From an uncultured bacterium (GTDB lineage Bacteria > Actinomycetota > Geothermincolia > Geothermincolales > Geothermincolaceae), in NCBI GenBank assembly GCA_963765625.1, contig CAVXXD010000012.1, positions 207,491-271,490 on the forward strand: DNA of 64,000 bases, written 5' to 3'. The translations under genes and the position numbers were made by a program. Under the pieces are notes generated by a model, which saw nothing but the letters and a program-made list of their open reading frames with translations, was not told where the DNA came from and did not search any database. Shown in pieces: positions 19,080 to 29,049 of this stretch. How positions within the stretch are numbered: the stretch's first letter is position 1; each line of letters starts with the position of its first letter.

Positions 19080-20015
19080 ATGGTACCGGCTGAAAGCCTC
19101 AGAAAGAAACAGTTGGGCATACTCTGGGAGATCACCATACTGTTGGTGGTGGTCTTTCTCGTCTACGGATTGCTGACCTACGCCGTTTTCACAGCCTCGG
19201 GGAACCGCCTCATAGACAAGAGCATCGAAAAGCTCAAGCAGACGGAGGCGGAGAACATCTCCTCCAGCTACACTTACGTTATGAACCTGCTCACCCCGAC
19301 CCTGGAAGCGAAAGCTATCGACAAGGACCCGCAGGAGATCATGGCGGCGGTGATGAGCAAGCAGACCTCCGACATCCAGACCAACATCAGCGGCGACCTG
19401 GCCACGATGGTGGACTCGGGCATGCTGGGCATGTCCAAAAACCTCTTCATTTTCGAGAAGTGGCCGGTCAGTGACGAACCCTTCGTCTTCGCCTCCAGCG
19501 ACCTGTCACTGGTCTCAGCCTGGGACGTACCCGGCTACCTCAGCCAGGCCATCGATGAAGGCATCTCCTACATCTGGATGGAGGACGGCATCCCCGAGTT
19601 GGGGCTGGAAGACGAACAACTCATCGTGGTCATCCGGAAGAACTTCGCCCAGTACAACCTGCTCACGGGCTTCGTGGGCATCAAGCCCATGCACGACAAC
19701 GTCGCTGCCATCGAGGATTTCTACCAGAGTGACAGGAGGAACACCAACCTCATAATGCTGACCATGGTCCTCGGCGGGATTCTTATCATCGCCCTGATCA
19801 CCTTCTTCATCCTCTCCTACCTCATCCGCACCCGTATCACCGAACCCATCCAGGAGCTCTCCAGCGCGGCCGAACAGGTGATGGAAGGAGACCTGGATAT
19901 CCATATTACCATCCGTTCGGGGGAGGAGTTCGAACAACTCAAACGGGCCTTCCAGTCCATGGTGGACGAGTGGGGCAGGCTGATGGCGCGTTCCATCGAG
20001 GGAGGGGAAAACTGA
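19080..20015 (+). CDS. Membrane protein with extracytoplasmic sensor-like domain and a C-terminal HAMP domain only (no output domain)
   Basis: RBS GGAGGGGG before the ATG at 19080. TM1, a ~200-aa periplasmic-like region, TM2, then a HAMP-like segment (TEPIQELSSAAEQVMEGDLDIHITIRSGEEFEQLKRAFQSM). Stops 30 aa later. Confidence 0.55.
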   Translation: MVPAESLRKKQLGILWEITILLVVVFLVYGLLTYAVFTASGNRLIDKSIEKLKQTEAENISSSYTYVMNLLTPTLEAKAIDKDPQEIMAAVMSKQTSDIQTNISGDLATMVDSGMLGMSKNLFIFEKWPVSDEPFVFASSDLSLVSAWDVPGYLSQAIDEGISYIWMEDGIPELGLEDEQLIVVIRKNFAQYNLLTGFVGIKPMHDNVAAIEDFYQSDRRNTNLIMLTMVLGGILIIALITFFILSYLIRTRITEPIQELSSAAEQVMEGDLDIHITIRSGEEFEQLKRAFQSMVDEWGRLMARSIEGGEN

Positions 20016-20046
20016 CTCCGGCCACTGTTGAAGCTGCGGCTACTAG

Positions 20047-20979
20047 TTATTCTTCGAACTGGAAGAGCGGCGTCGACATGTACCTCTCTCCCGTGTCGGG
20101 CAGTATCACTACGATGAGCTTGCCCGCGTTGTCCTGCCGTGACGCCACCTCCACCGCGGCGTGGGCGGCTGCCCCCGAGGAGACGCCGGCCAGGATGCCC
20201 TCTTCCCGGGCCAGACGGCGAGTCATGGCATAGGCATCCTCCGTAGACACCCTGATTATCTCGTCCATTACGCCGGTGTCGAGTATGGCAGGGACGAAGC
20301 CGGCCCCGATCCCCTGGATGCCGTGGGGCGAAGGGCTTCCGCCGGAAAGAACCGGCGACTCCGCCGGCTCCACCGCGACCACCTTGACCGAGGGTTTCTT
20401 CTCCTTCAGGGCATTGCCGGTGCCGGTGATGGTTCCCCCGGTTCCCACCCCGACCACCAGTACGTCCACCTTTCCGTCGGTGTCGTCCCAGATCTCCTCG
20501 GCCGTGGTCAGGCGGTGGGCCTCAGGATTGGCGGGGTTGTCGAACTGCATGGGGACGAAGTAGTCGCGGCTGGTCTCTTCCATCTCCCTCGCCCTGGCGA
20601 TGGCGCCGCGCATGCCGTCCGGCCCCGGGGTCAGCACCAGGGTGGCGCCCAGAACCTTGAGCAGGTTGCGCCGTTCCAGGCTCATGGTCTCGGGCATGGT
20701 CACCACCAGGCGGTAGCCCCGGGCGGCGCAGACCCAGGCCAGGGCGATGCCGGTGTTGCCGCTGGTCGGCTCGACGATGGTGGTGCGGCCTGGAGTGATG
20801 CGCCCATCCCGCTCGGCTGCGTCGATCATGCTCACTCCGATACGATCCTTCACCGAGCCGCAGGGGTTGAAGAACTCCAGCTTTGCCGCGACTTCGGCTT
20901 CAATTTTTCCGACAACCCGGTTGAGCCTGACCAGGGGAGTGTTCCCGGTCAGCTCGGTCATGTTCCCGGCTATCCTCAT
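20047..20979 (-). CDS. cysK: Cysteine synthase A (O-acetylserine sulfhydrylase)
   Basis: [14 protein letters not shown]...CGSVKDRIG (PLP lysine), GNTGIALA, a complete ~310-aa CysK-like sequence. Confidence 0.85.
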   Translation of the reverse strand: MRIAGNMTELTGNTPLVRLNRVVGKIEAEVAAKLEFFNPCGSVKDRIGVSMIDAAERDGRITPGRTTIVEPTSGNTGIALAWVCAARGYRLVVTMPETMSLERRNLLKVLGATLVLTPGPDGMRGAIARAREMEETSRDYFVPMQFDNPANPEAHRLTTAEEIWDDTDGKVDVLVVGVGTGGTITGTGNALKEKKPSVKVVAVEPAESPVLSGGSPSPHGIQGIGAGFVPAILDTGVMDEIIRVSTEDAYAMTRRLAREEGILAGVSSGAAAHAAVEVASRQDNAGKLIVVILPDTGERYMSTPLFQFEE

Positions 20980-21145
20980 GAGCCATCCTCCTAAGTGTCC
21001 CTTACGGCCCCTCACGCATATCAAACATCGTAATCCATATCGGAATAGTAATAAATAGAGAAAAGTTTGAAACGGTCGGACTATTTGAGTAAAATGATGA
21101 AGATTTATAGCAACTGTCGATTCTCAAGGGAAGGAGAAATAGAAG

Positions 21146-22123
21146 ATGAAGCATCCGAAGGTCGTGCTGGTCTTGTTGCTGACCGTCCTCACCGTCCTGG
21201 CGCTGAACGCCGGCGGGTGCGATACCGGGGAGCCGCCGATCTATCGCAACACATCCAGTCCGATTTACGTTGGCTTGAACGACGAGTTCGTCATAGCCCT
21301 CGAGGCCAACCACACCACCGGTTACTCCTGGCAGCTGACCGAAGAGGTCGATGAGAACATCCTGTCGCTTGAAGGCGTCGAGTATGAGGCCGGCGATTCC
21401 GAGCTGGTCGGTGCGCCCGGCGAGGAGGAGTGGACTTTCAAGGCCGTGGGAGAAGGCCGGACCGAGTTGACGTTCAAGTATGTTCGCCCGTGGGAGACCG
21501 AAGAGGCCGAGGGCGAAGAGGCTGAGGCCGGCAGGCGCACATCCGGGACCGAGACCGTCACCGAGACTCATGCCACTACCACTGAGACCACTACCACTGA
21601 GACCACCACCACCGGGACCGAAGCCGCCACTGCTTCTGAAGAAGAGGCAGCAGCATCGGAAGAGACGATGACCTACACGATTGACGTAGGCCCCTCCGGG
21701 TCGGCCGCCGATAAGGCCACCGAATACAAGTACGAAGACGGCAAGATAATGGAAGACGAGAAGGAAGTCCCGGAAGCGGAGGTCGAGCTGGGTGCCCAGT
21801 TCGCCCTGGTCGTGCCGTCCAACCCCACCACCGGTTACGTGTGGCGCCTGGCCGAGCCCCTCGACGGGAGCCTGCTCATACTGGTGAGCATGGGGTCCGA
21901 GAAGCTCAAGGAGGAAGGCGAGAAAAAAGAGGGCGAGGAGGAAATGGTCGGCGTAGGTTACGACGAGATCTGGACCTTCCGCGCCATCGGCTCGCATGGG
22001 GACGAGGCCACCGAGACCGAGATCACCCTGGAGAAGGTACGGCCGTGGGAAGAGGATACCGCCCCCGTCGATTCGGTGACTCTGACTGTCAAGATAACCA
22101 AGCCCGAGGAGGAGAAGAAATAG
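21146..22123 (+). CDS. Lipoprotein with two tandem chagasin-family (MEROPS I42) cysteine-protease inhibitor domains separated by an acidic Thr/Glu linker
   Basis: Lipobox LNAGGC. Two copies of the chagasin L2 signature NPTTGYxW (ANHTTGYSWQL and SNPTTGYVWRL). Each is followed by the conserved W..KA.G and RPWE motifs. Confidence 0.75.
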   Translation: MKHPKVVLVLLLTVLTVLALNAGGCDTGEPPIYRNTSSPIYVGLNDEFVIALEANHTTGYSWQLTEEVDENILSLEGVEYEAGDSELVGAPGEEEWTFKAVGEGRTELTFKYVRPWETEEAEGEEAEAGRRTSGTETVTETHATTTETTTTETTTTGTEAATASEEEAAASEETMTYTIDVGPSGSAADKATEYKYEDGKIMEDEKEVPEAEVELGAQFALVVPSNPTTGYVWRLAEPLDGSLLILVSMGSEKLKEEGEKKEGEEEMVGVGYDEIWTFRAIGSHGDEATETEITLEKVRPWEEDTAPVDSVTLTVKITKPEEEKK

Positions 22124-22150
22124 CCCTTCACCCTGGTACTGACGTTAACG

Positions 22151-22177
22151 GGCCCCGCTGCGGCGGGGCCTTTCTTT
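22151..22177 (+). terminator. Rho-independent terminator
   Basis: GGCCCCGC-tgcg-GCGGGGCC followed by TTTCTTT. Confidence 0.6.
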
Positions 22178-22228
22178 ATAGTAGAATAGAATTGAAAAAA
22201 CAAGTTTGATCGGCTGAAGGAGGAGAGC

Positions 22229-23137
22229 ATGAGAGACCTCAAGTCCAGGACGTTGCTGGTCGTTTTCCTTGCCATGTTGCTGCTGGTGGCGCTGGTAGGA
22301 TTCGCGGGTTGCGGCAACAAGAGCACCGGTACCACCACCAGTGGGGAAGAGCAGGAGGAAGAAGAAGCGACCCCCGAAGACGTCGTGGTGAAGTTCTTCC
22401 GCGCCGTGGAGAAGCAGGACGCCAAGGCGCTGGCGGGGCTGTTCGACCCCGACTCCCTGGACGAGATAAAGGATGCCCTGGGCAGTGAATACAGGTCCCT
22501 GATCGGCGACTATTTTTTTGCGGACATGCCCGAGGACGTCAAGTTCAAGAGCCTCAAGTTCGACACCGACATTGAAGGCAAGGAAGCGGTGGTCGATCTC
22601 ATGAAGGGCAAGGTCGTCTACACCGACGAGTACGGGGACGAGGCCACCGAAGACCTCATGGATTCGGACGACCCGGTCACTTTCTACCTGGTCAAGGTAA
22701 AGGGCGAATGGTACATATCCATCGACACCTTCCCTGATCTGATCGCCGAATACGATATCCCCGACACCGCCCCCACCGACACCACCCCTGACCCCAACCC
22801 CAACCCCAACCCTGACCCTAACCCTCAGCCTACGGCGGAGTACGTAACCTGCCCGGATTGCGCCGGGTGGGGAGGCTGGGAAGTGGGCGCCGACACCACC
22901 TGCTACTACTGCAACGGCTCGGGTGTGCAGGACGTGCAGTACTATTGTGATGTCTGCGGCGGCAACGGTTACTACTACACCGAGAACGGGTCTTTCGAAT
23001 GCGAATACTGCGGCGGCACCGGCCTGATCTGGGACTGGGCCCCATGCGAATACTGCGGTGGTTCCGGCCTGGTCAGCGAGACCAGCTGGGCGGTCTGCGA
23101 GACCTGCGAAGGGACCGGCTGGATCCTGCAATACTGA
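22229..23137 (+). CDS. Lipoprotein: N-terminal NTF2-like/DUF4878-like domain, PNPNPDPNP linker, C-terminal DnaJ-type zinc-finger domain with six CxxCxGxG repeats
   Basis: Lipobox VGFAGCG. Six repeats: CPDCAGWG, CYYCNGSG, CDVCGGNG, CEYCGGTG, CEYCGGSG, CETCEGTG. Confidence 0.65.
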   Translation: MRDLKSRTLLVVFLAMLLLVALVGFAGCGNKSTGTTTSGEEQEEEEATPEDVVVKFFRAVEKQDAKALAGLFDPDSLDEIKDALGSEYRSLIGDYFFADMPEDVKFKSLKFDTDIEGKEAVVDLMKGKVVYTDEYGDEATEDLMDSDDPVTFYLVKVKGEWYISIDTFPDLIAEYDIPDTAPTDTTPDPNPNPNPDPNPQPTAEYVTCPDCAGWGGWEVGADTTCYYCNGSGVQDVQYYCDVCGGNGYYYTENGSFECEYCGGTGLIWDWAPCEYCGGSGLVSETSWAVCETCEGTGWILQY

Positions 23138-23314
23138 TGCCACAACCATTTCGCCGGAACGCGGCTCCGCTTGCTTGTTATCGCTGCTGCGTGGTGCTAC
23201 AACAAAGATAGGGCAATGAAACTTGGGATCAAGCGGCAGGACGTAGTATCTCGAAGTTCAACCCTCCTTGACCGGCCCTCTCTGCCGCTTATCCCGCCAC
23301 GGGAGGTGAAGGAC

Positions 23315-23758
23315 ATGCCGAGAGTGGACAGAGAGATCGAAATCGGAGCCCCGGTGGAAAGCGTCTTCGCGTTCATGTCTAACCCCATCAACATGCAGCT
23401 TTATCCAGGCATAATCATGGTACACGAGATGACCGGCGAAGGGCTGGGACGCCACTGGCGGGAGGTCTACAAACTGGATGGCGTGGACATGCCGGAGGAG
23501 TGCACGGTTATCGAGTACGACCCCTATCATCGGGAAGTGCTGGAGAATCGCGGCCCCATCGAGAGCACCTGGACAGAGGAGTTCGACCCCGAGGAGGCGG
23601 GTACCCACCTGCACTTCACTCTGGATTGGAAGATCCCCGATTTCCTCTCCGACGAGGAGGCTCTCTACAACCTGGACGACCTGACGCGCCACTCGGTGGA
23701 CGACTACCTGCACCACGTCAAGGACACCCTGGAAAGCATGATGTCTTTCCACGCCTGA
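23315..23758 (+). CDS. SRPBCC superfamily protein (polyketide cyclase/START-like)
   Basis: RBS GGGAGGTGA before the ATG at 23315. ~147 aa starting MPRVDREIEIGAPVESVFAFMSNP, typical SRPBCC. Confidence 0.6.
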   Translation: MPRVDREIEIGAPVESVFAFMSNPINMQLYPGIIMVHEMTGEGLGRHWREVYKLDGVDMPEECTVIEYDPYHREVLENRGPIESTWTEEFDPEEAGTHLHFTLDWKIPDFLSDEEALYNLDDLTRHSVDDYLHHVKDTLESMMSFHA

Positions 23759-23873
23759 GCAACCCAGCCGTGTCGGAAATCGCCTCGGAGAAAACACTTT
23801 CCTGAAACACGCGATATAATTAGCGGGTATCGTGTCTTGAAGTGTTATACGCATTTTCTTGGAAGGAGAGATC

Positions 23874-24686
23874 ATGGAAGACCTCAAGGGAAAACTGGTC
23901 CTGCTAACCGGGGCAGCCCGGGGCATGGGCAAGGTGCACGCCATGAACTTCGCGCGGGAAGGCTGCCGCGTGATAATCACCGACGTTGACTCCACTGAAC
24001 TGGAGAGGACGGCTGGCGAACTCGAGTCCAAGGGCTGCGAAGTTTTCCACTATCTCCTGGACGTCTCGAACCGCGAGGCCTGTTTCGAGCTGGCCGAAAA
24101 GGTGGAGTCGGAAGTCGGGCCTCTCGACATCCTGGTCAACAACGCCGGCATAGTCGAGAACTATGCCGTGCTGGAACTATCCGAAAGATCTCTCCGGCGC
24201 ATGATGGAGGTCAACTACTTCGGCCAGATCTGGATGATGCATGCCTTCGTGCCGCGCATGGTCAAGCGGGGCAGGGGACACGTGGTCAACGTCTGCTCGG
24301 TCGCCGGAAAAGTGGGCAACCCGCTCATGGGCGGCTACTGCGCCTCCAAGCACGCCGCTATCGCCATCACCGACACCATCCGCCAGGAAGTGCACGGTAC
24401 CGGGGTAAACTTCACCATCGTCAACCCGGCTTACGTCAAGACGGGGATGTTCGAAGGGGCCAAGCTCCCCTTCATCACCAGCTGGCTGACCTCCGAACAG
24501 GTGTCCGACGCCTTGATGCAGGGGCTGAAGAAGAACAAGGTTGAAGTGAACGTGCCGCTGGTGGCGGTCTGGGGAATGGGCTTCGCGCGCGGCCTGCACG
24601 CCGGGATCATCGACTTACTCTTCCGCCTCTTCAAGCAGGAGAAGTCCATGGCTGGCTGGAAGAAGGATGAAAGCCGCCCCTTCTGA
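23874..24686 (+). CDS. SDR family oxidoreductase
   Basis: TGAARGMGKVHA and NNAG motifs; catalytic YCASK. Confidence 0.8.
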   Translation: MEDLKGKLVLLTGAARGMGKVHAMNFAREGCRVIITDVDSTELERTAGELESKGCEVFHYLLDVSNREACFELAEKVESEVGPLDILVNNAGIVENYAVLELSERSLRRMMEVNYFGQIWMMHAFVPRMVKRGRGHVVNVCSVAGKVGNPLMGGYCASKHAAIAITDTIRQEVHGTGVNFTIVNPAYVKTGMFEGAKLPFITSWLTSEQVSDALMQGLKKNKVEVNVPLVAVWGMGFARGLHAGIIDLLFRLFKQEKSMAGWKKDESRPF

Positions 24687-24700
24687 GACCAGAGAGAAGA

Positions 24701-24732
24701 AGGCCCCGGGAGTCCGGGGCCTTCTTTGTTTT
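24701..24732 (+). terminator. Rho-independent terminator (bidirectional, between convergent genes)
   Basis: GGCCCCGG-gagt-CCGGGGCC followed by TTCTTTGTTTT. Confidence 0.7.
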
Positions 24733-24748
24733 CAGCGGTGCTTTCGCG

Positions 24749-27153
24749 TCAGGGCGTGAAGCCTATCGAGTCATGTGCCCAGGTGCGGGCGGTATCGTAC
24801 ATGGCCCGCTCGCAGATGACCCCTCCGCCGTTGGAGGTGACCATGGTGGAGACGTTGTAGTCGGTGACGTAGTCGTTGGCTTGAAGGTGACGCGGGAGTT
24901 GGCGGGGATGGAGACATTCTGCAAGTCAGTTGGGGTCTGGACCCCTGCCCCGGTCATCAGCGTAAGGTCCACGGTGACCGCCGCGGCGTTGGGGTTCTGT
25001 ACCAGCACCCAGGTCTCGAAGTCGCCGGCGGTCGCCCCCTCGGCCAGGTACCAGGCGTAGGCCATGCTGGTCGCCCCGATGGAGTCGTGAGCCCAGGTCC
25101 TGCCGTTGCCGTACACGGCCCGCTCGCAGATGACCGGCATGTTCGCCGTGACCATGGTGGAGACGTTGTAGTCGGTGACGGAGTCGTTGGCCTTGAACGT
25201 CTTCCTGGAATTGGCCGGGATGGACACATTCTGCGGCCCGGGCACGGCCCCCGCCCCGGTCATGAAGTCGACGTCGACGGTGACCGCCATGGCGTTGGGG
25301 TTCTGAACCAGTATGTAGGTCTCGAAGTCGCCCGCCGTAGCGCCCTCGGCCAGGTACCAGCCGTAGGCCGGGTCGGTCACCCCGATGGAGTCGTGGGCCC
25401 AGGTGCGGGCGGTGTCGTACATGGCCCGCTCGCAGATGACCGGCATATCCGCCGTGACCATGGTGGAGACGTTGTAGTCGGTGACGGAGTCGTTGGCCTT
25501 GAACGTCTTCCTGGAATTGGCCGGGATGGACACGTCCTGCGGCCCGGGCACGGCCCCCGCCCCGGTCATGAAGTCGACATCGACGGTGACCGCCGTGGCG
25601 TTGGGATTCTGCACCAGCACCCAGGTCTCGAAGTCGCCGGCGGTGGCCCCTTCGGCCAGGTACCAGGTATCGGCCGGGTCGGTCACCCCGATGGAGTCGT
25701 GGGCCCAGGTCCTGCCGTTGCCGTACATAGCCCGCTCGCAGATGACCCCTCCGCCGGTGGGGGTGACCATGGTGGAGACGTTGTAGTCGGTGACGTACTC
25801 GTTGGCCTTGAAGGTGACGCGCGAATTGGCGGGGATGGAAGCCCCCTGCGGTCCGGCCTTCAAGCCGGCCGAGGTCATGAAGTCGACGTCGACGGTGACC
25901 GCCGTGGCATTGGGGTTCTGCACCAGTATGTAGGTCTCGAAGTCGCCGGCGGTCGCACCCTCGGCCAGGTACCAGGTGGGGGCGACGTAAGTCCGCCACA
26001 CGCCGCAGCCCTCCACGGTGGTATCACTGTAGCCTGTGCCGGCCCAGAGATAGCCCTCAAAGACGGCCATGGAGTGGATGGCCAGGTTGTCGTCCAGGTC
26101 GCCGAAGCCGTTGACGTTTCGCTGGTCCCAGGCGGTGCCGCTCCACGACCACACCTCGCAGCCGGTGTCGTCGTCGCTGAGGCCGCAGTAGAGTTCTCCC
26201 CCGTAGATGAGCATATTGCGCACGGCGTCCGGGGGGTCAACCAAAGCCATCCAGGGCGGGGTGAGATCGGTCCAGGAGGTGCCGCCGTCATACTTATAGA
26301 TGGTGCCGCCGTTGCTTGAGTTTCCGATTCCCATGTAGAGTTCGTTATTGTAGACGGCCAGGCTGCGGGCGTCTTCGTTGTTCACGTTGCCGAGACCGGC
26401 GTCAGCCACCTTGGTCCAGTCAGTTGGGTCCGGGCCGTCATGACACCATACCTGGCAGCCGGTGTCACTGTTATAGACTCCCGCGTAGAGCTGGTCTTCA
26501 AAGACCACCATTGCCCGGACTCCCCAGTTATCGATGTCCCCGAACGCGTCGGTATTGGCTTGGGCCCAGTCGGTGCCGTCGTAAGCCCAGACCTCCGCCC
26601 CGGTGACGTCGTTGCCTGCCCCTACCCAGAGCAGGCCGTTGAAGTCGAGCATATACGCAGCCGTGTCGGTGTTGACGTCCCCGAAGCCGTCGGTGTTGGC
26701 CTGGGCCCAATCGGTGCCGTCGTAAGCCCAGACCTCCGCCCCTGTGATGGAATTCATCGTACTCACATAAAGCAGGCCCTTGTAAACGGCCATATGATAA
26801 GCGATGCGGTTGTTGACGTCCCCGAAACCGTCGTCATTGACCTGGACCCAGTCTGCCGGGTCCGGACCGTCGTACCGCCAGACCTGGCAGCCAAGGACAT
26901 TATTGAACGTCCCGGCGTAGAGCTTGCCGTTGTATCCGGCCATTGAGAAGGTGCTTCTGTTGTCGGTGGGGACCGTGATGCCGAAGCCCGGTTCGTTCAC
27001 TTCCTCCCAGGTCAACGGCGCCGCCAGCGCCGCGCCCGTCAGGACGAACGCCGGCAGCAGCAGCGCGGCTGTCAGCAACAGGGCCGCCGCGCCTTTCAAG
27101 AGTCTTTTCCCCATACCTCTCACTCCTTTCATGCTTGCTTTACCTGACGACAC
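24749..27153 (-). CDS. Secreted protein: signal peptide, ~8 beta-propeller-like ~46-aa repeats, then 4 copies of the ~105-aa repeat; frameshift in the last repeat (~24865)
   Basis: Propeller repeats read LY.G..N..TGAEVWAYDGTDWAQANTDGFGD.N. Four copies of the module WYLAEGATAGDFETWVLVQNPNA...ANSR.TFKAND.VTDYNVSTMV....VICERAMY...RTWAHDSIG. After a 1-nt correction at ttcaag|gccaac the last repeat completes to stop 24749..24751. Confidence 0.75.
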
Positions 27154-27314
27154 ATCCGAGGTTTTCCTCCCTAACGGGTTATTTATATCCAGATTGCTTT
27201 GTAAATATGCATCATCCCGCGCCTTCGACCCCGACTGCTGCTGTAACCTTTCGCAGTCCGGGTGTTACAATCAGTTGAAACCGGTTCGACTTTTTCGGCA
27301 AAGGCGGGGTTTAT

Positions 27315-28151
27315 ATGTGGTGGAGATACGTGATGATGAGGCCCATAATCGGGGTCATGGCCCGGGGCAAGAAGTACCGGCTGGAATATGACGGCGTGGA
27401 GAACGTGCCGCGTTCCGGCCCCCTCATCGTCGTCTCCAATCACCAGTTTTCCACCGACGTCCTCGCCGTCGGCTTGGCCTTGAGGCCGGCCCTTACCCAC
27501 AGCCACATGAGGCCCTGGGCCAAGCAGGCCATCGGTGAGGGGAAAGAGGGCCTGCTGGGCAAGTTCTTCTGGAACTTCTTCGGGGTGATACCGGTGGACC
27601 GGGAAGAGGGCAACGCCGAGGAAGTCATCCGCATGAGCCTGGAATGTCTTAAGAAGCGGGAGATCGTCCATGTCTTTCCCGAGGGCACGCGCAGCGGGAA
27701 GAAGGAGCTGGGGTGGTTCCGCTACGGGGTGGCCAACCTGGCCCGGACGGCGCCCGCCCCCATCCTGCCAGTGGGCGTGTACTTCCGGGACAAGGATGGC
27801 GGGGTGCAGGTAAGTGTCGGCAAGCCCTTCTTCATGCCGCCTCGCAAAGAGATGCTGGAGAAGCTGGATAAACTGGAGAGCAAGGCGGAGGAGACCATGG
27901 TCACCCAGATCGACGCCTTGCGCCAGTGGAGCGAGGGCATCAACCGGGACCGCAAGGGCATGCGCATGATCAGCCGCATCATCAAGGTCGTCGTCGATTT
28001 CATCGATCGCCAGGACGTTAACTTCGATCACTTCTGCCGCATGGCCGAAGCCGAGGACAACGAGTTCATCCGCGACCGGGTCTACGAGCTGCTGCCCTCC
28101 GACTGGGTCAAGATGGAGGCGCCTTCCAAGCTTTTACCGCCGCCGCGGTAA
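27315..28151 (+). CDS. plsC: 1-acyl-sn-glycerol-3-phosphate (lysophospholipid) acyltransferase
   Basis: NHQFSTD (HX4D-type) and FPEGTRS motifs. Confidence 0.75.
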   Translation: MWWRYVMMRPIIGVMARGKKYRLEYDGVENVPRSGPLIVVSNHQFSTDVLAVGLALRPALTHSHMRPWAKQAIGEGKEGLLGKFFWNFFGVIPVDREEGNAEEVIRMSLECLKKREIVHVFPEGTRSGKKELGWFRYGVANLARTAPAPILPVGVYFRDKDGGVQVSVGKPFFMPPRKEMLEKLDKLESKAEETMVTQIDALRQWSEGINRDRKGMRMISRIIKVVVDFIDRQDVNFDHFCRMAEAEDNEFIRDRVYELLPSDWVKMEAPSKLLPPPR

Positions 28152-28201
28152 TCGCCTTAGAGGATCGAGGGGCACGGGGGCACGAATAGGAGGTAACGTT
28201 T

Positions 28202-28987
28202 ATGCTGGCCGAGATGACCAACCAACAGTGGGCGCTGATAGGGATCGGCGGGGCGCTGTTCCTGTTCGGCATCATCGCCGTGATCATGGGCATGAAGGAC
28301 AGGGGCAAGCTGGCGCAGATGCGCGACACCAGCACGGTCAGCGTGGCCCAGCTGGCCGGCGCGCCGGCCGGGGCGCAGGTGGAACTGAAGGGCACGGCGG
28401 AAGCGATGGAGTCGCTGACTTCTCCCGCCACCAACACCCAGTGCCTCTACTACAAACACAAGGTGGAAGGCTTGAGGGAGAAGCAGAAGCGGGACGAGAA
28501 CGGCAACCTCCACACCGAAGAGAGCTGGGAGACGGTGGCGGAAGATGAACGCCACACCTCGTTCGTCCTCCGCGACTCCAGCGGCGGCGTGCGGGTAGAC
28601 CCGGACGGTGCGGAATTCATCTCCATCCCGAGCATGAACGACCAGGCCGGCGCTTATGGCTATTCGTTGCCGGAAGAGGGGCAGAGCGTCGCCGATACCG
28701 TGCTCGACATCCTCACTGACGATGACCGCTACAGCCATTTCACCAGGTACCGCACCTCGGAGTGGATAATCCCGGTGGGCCGGGAATGCTACGTCCTGGG
28801 CAGCGTGGCCGGGCAGGGAGACAACATCTCCATCGGCAAGGGCGACGGCAGATTCATGGTCAGCTGCAAGAGCGAGGAAGAGTTGCAGAAGAAATTCACC
28901 CGGCACTACGTCCTGTGGCTGGTCTTCGGAATCCTTACCCTGGTGGGCGGGGCGGGGCTCGCCATCTTCGGGGCGGTCAAGAAGTAA
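28202..28987 (+). CDS. Two-TM membrane protein with a central globular domain (GIDE-like family)
   Basis: An N-terminal and a C-terminal TM helix flank a ~200-aa soluble domain. The architecture matches bacterial GIDE-domain proteins; the family assignment is tentative. Confidence 0.4.
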   Translation: MLAEMTNQQWALIGIGGALFLFGIIAVIMGMKDRGKLAQMRDTSTVSVAQLAGAPAGAQVELKGTAEAMESLTSPATNTQCLYYKHKVEGLREKQKRDENGNLHTEESWETVAEDERHTSFVLRDSSGGVRVDPDGAEFISIPSMNDQAGAYGYSLPEEGQSVADTVLDILTDDDRYSHFTRYRTSEWIIPVGRECYVLGSVAGQGDNISIGKGDGRFMVSCKSEEELQKKFTRHYVLWLVFGILTLVGGAGLAIFGAVKK

Positions 28988-29003
28988 GTTTATTATGTAA
29001 AAA

Positions 29004-29036
29004 AGAAGAGGCGCGGAAAGCGCCTCTTCTTTTATT
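29004..29036. terminator. Bidirectional rho-independent terminator between convergent genes
   Basis: AGAAGAGGCGC-ggaaa-GCGCCTCTTCT followed by TTTATTT. Confidence 0.7.
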
Positions 29037-29049
29037 TCCCTCTTACGAT

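Noticed and set aside
22740-22820. CCCCAACCCCAACCC-type nucleotide repeats in the lipoprotein gene
   Set aside because: They encode the PNPNPDPNP linker of the lipoprotein. This is not a telomere-like or regulatory repeat.
24926-26319. ORFs 24926..25999 (-, other frame) and 25087..26319 (+) inside the beta-propeller/repeat gene
   Set aside because: Shadow ORFs of the repeat-rich, high-GC coding sequence. Translations are R/G/H-rich junk.
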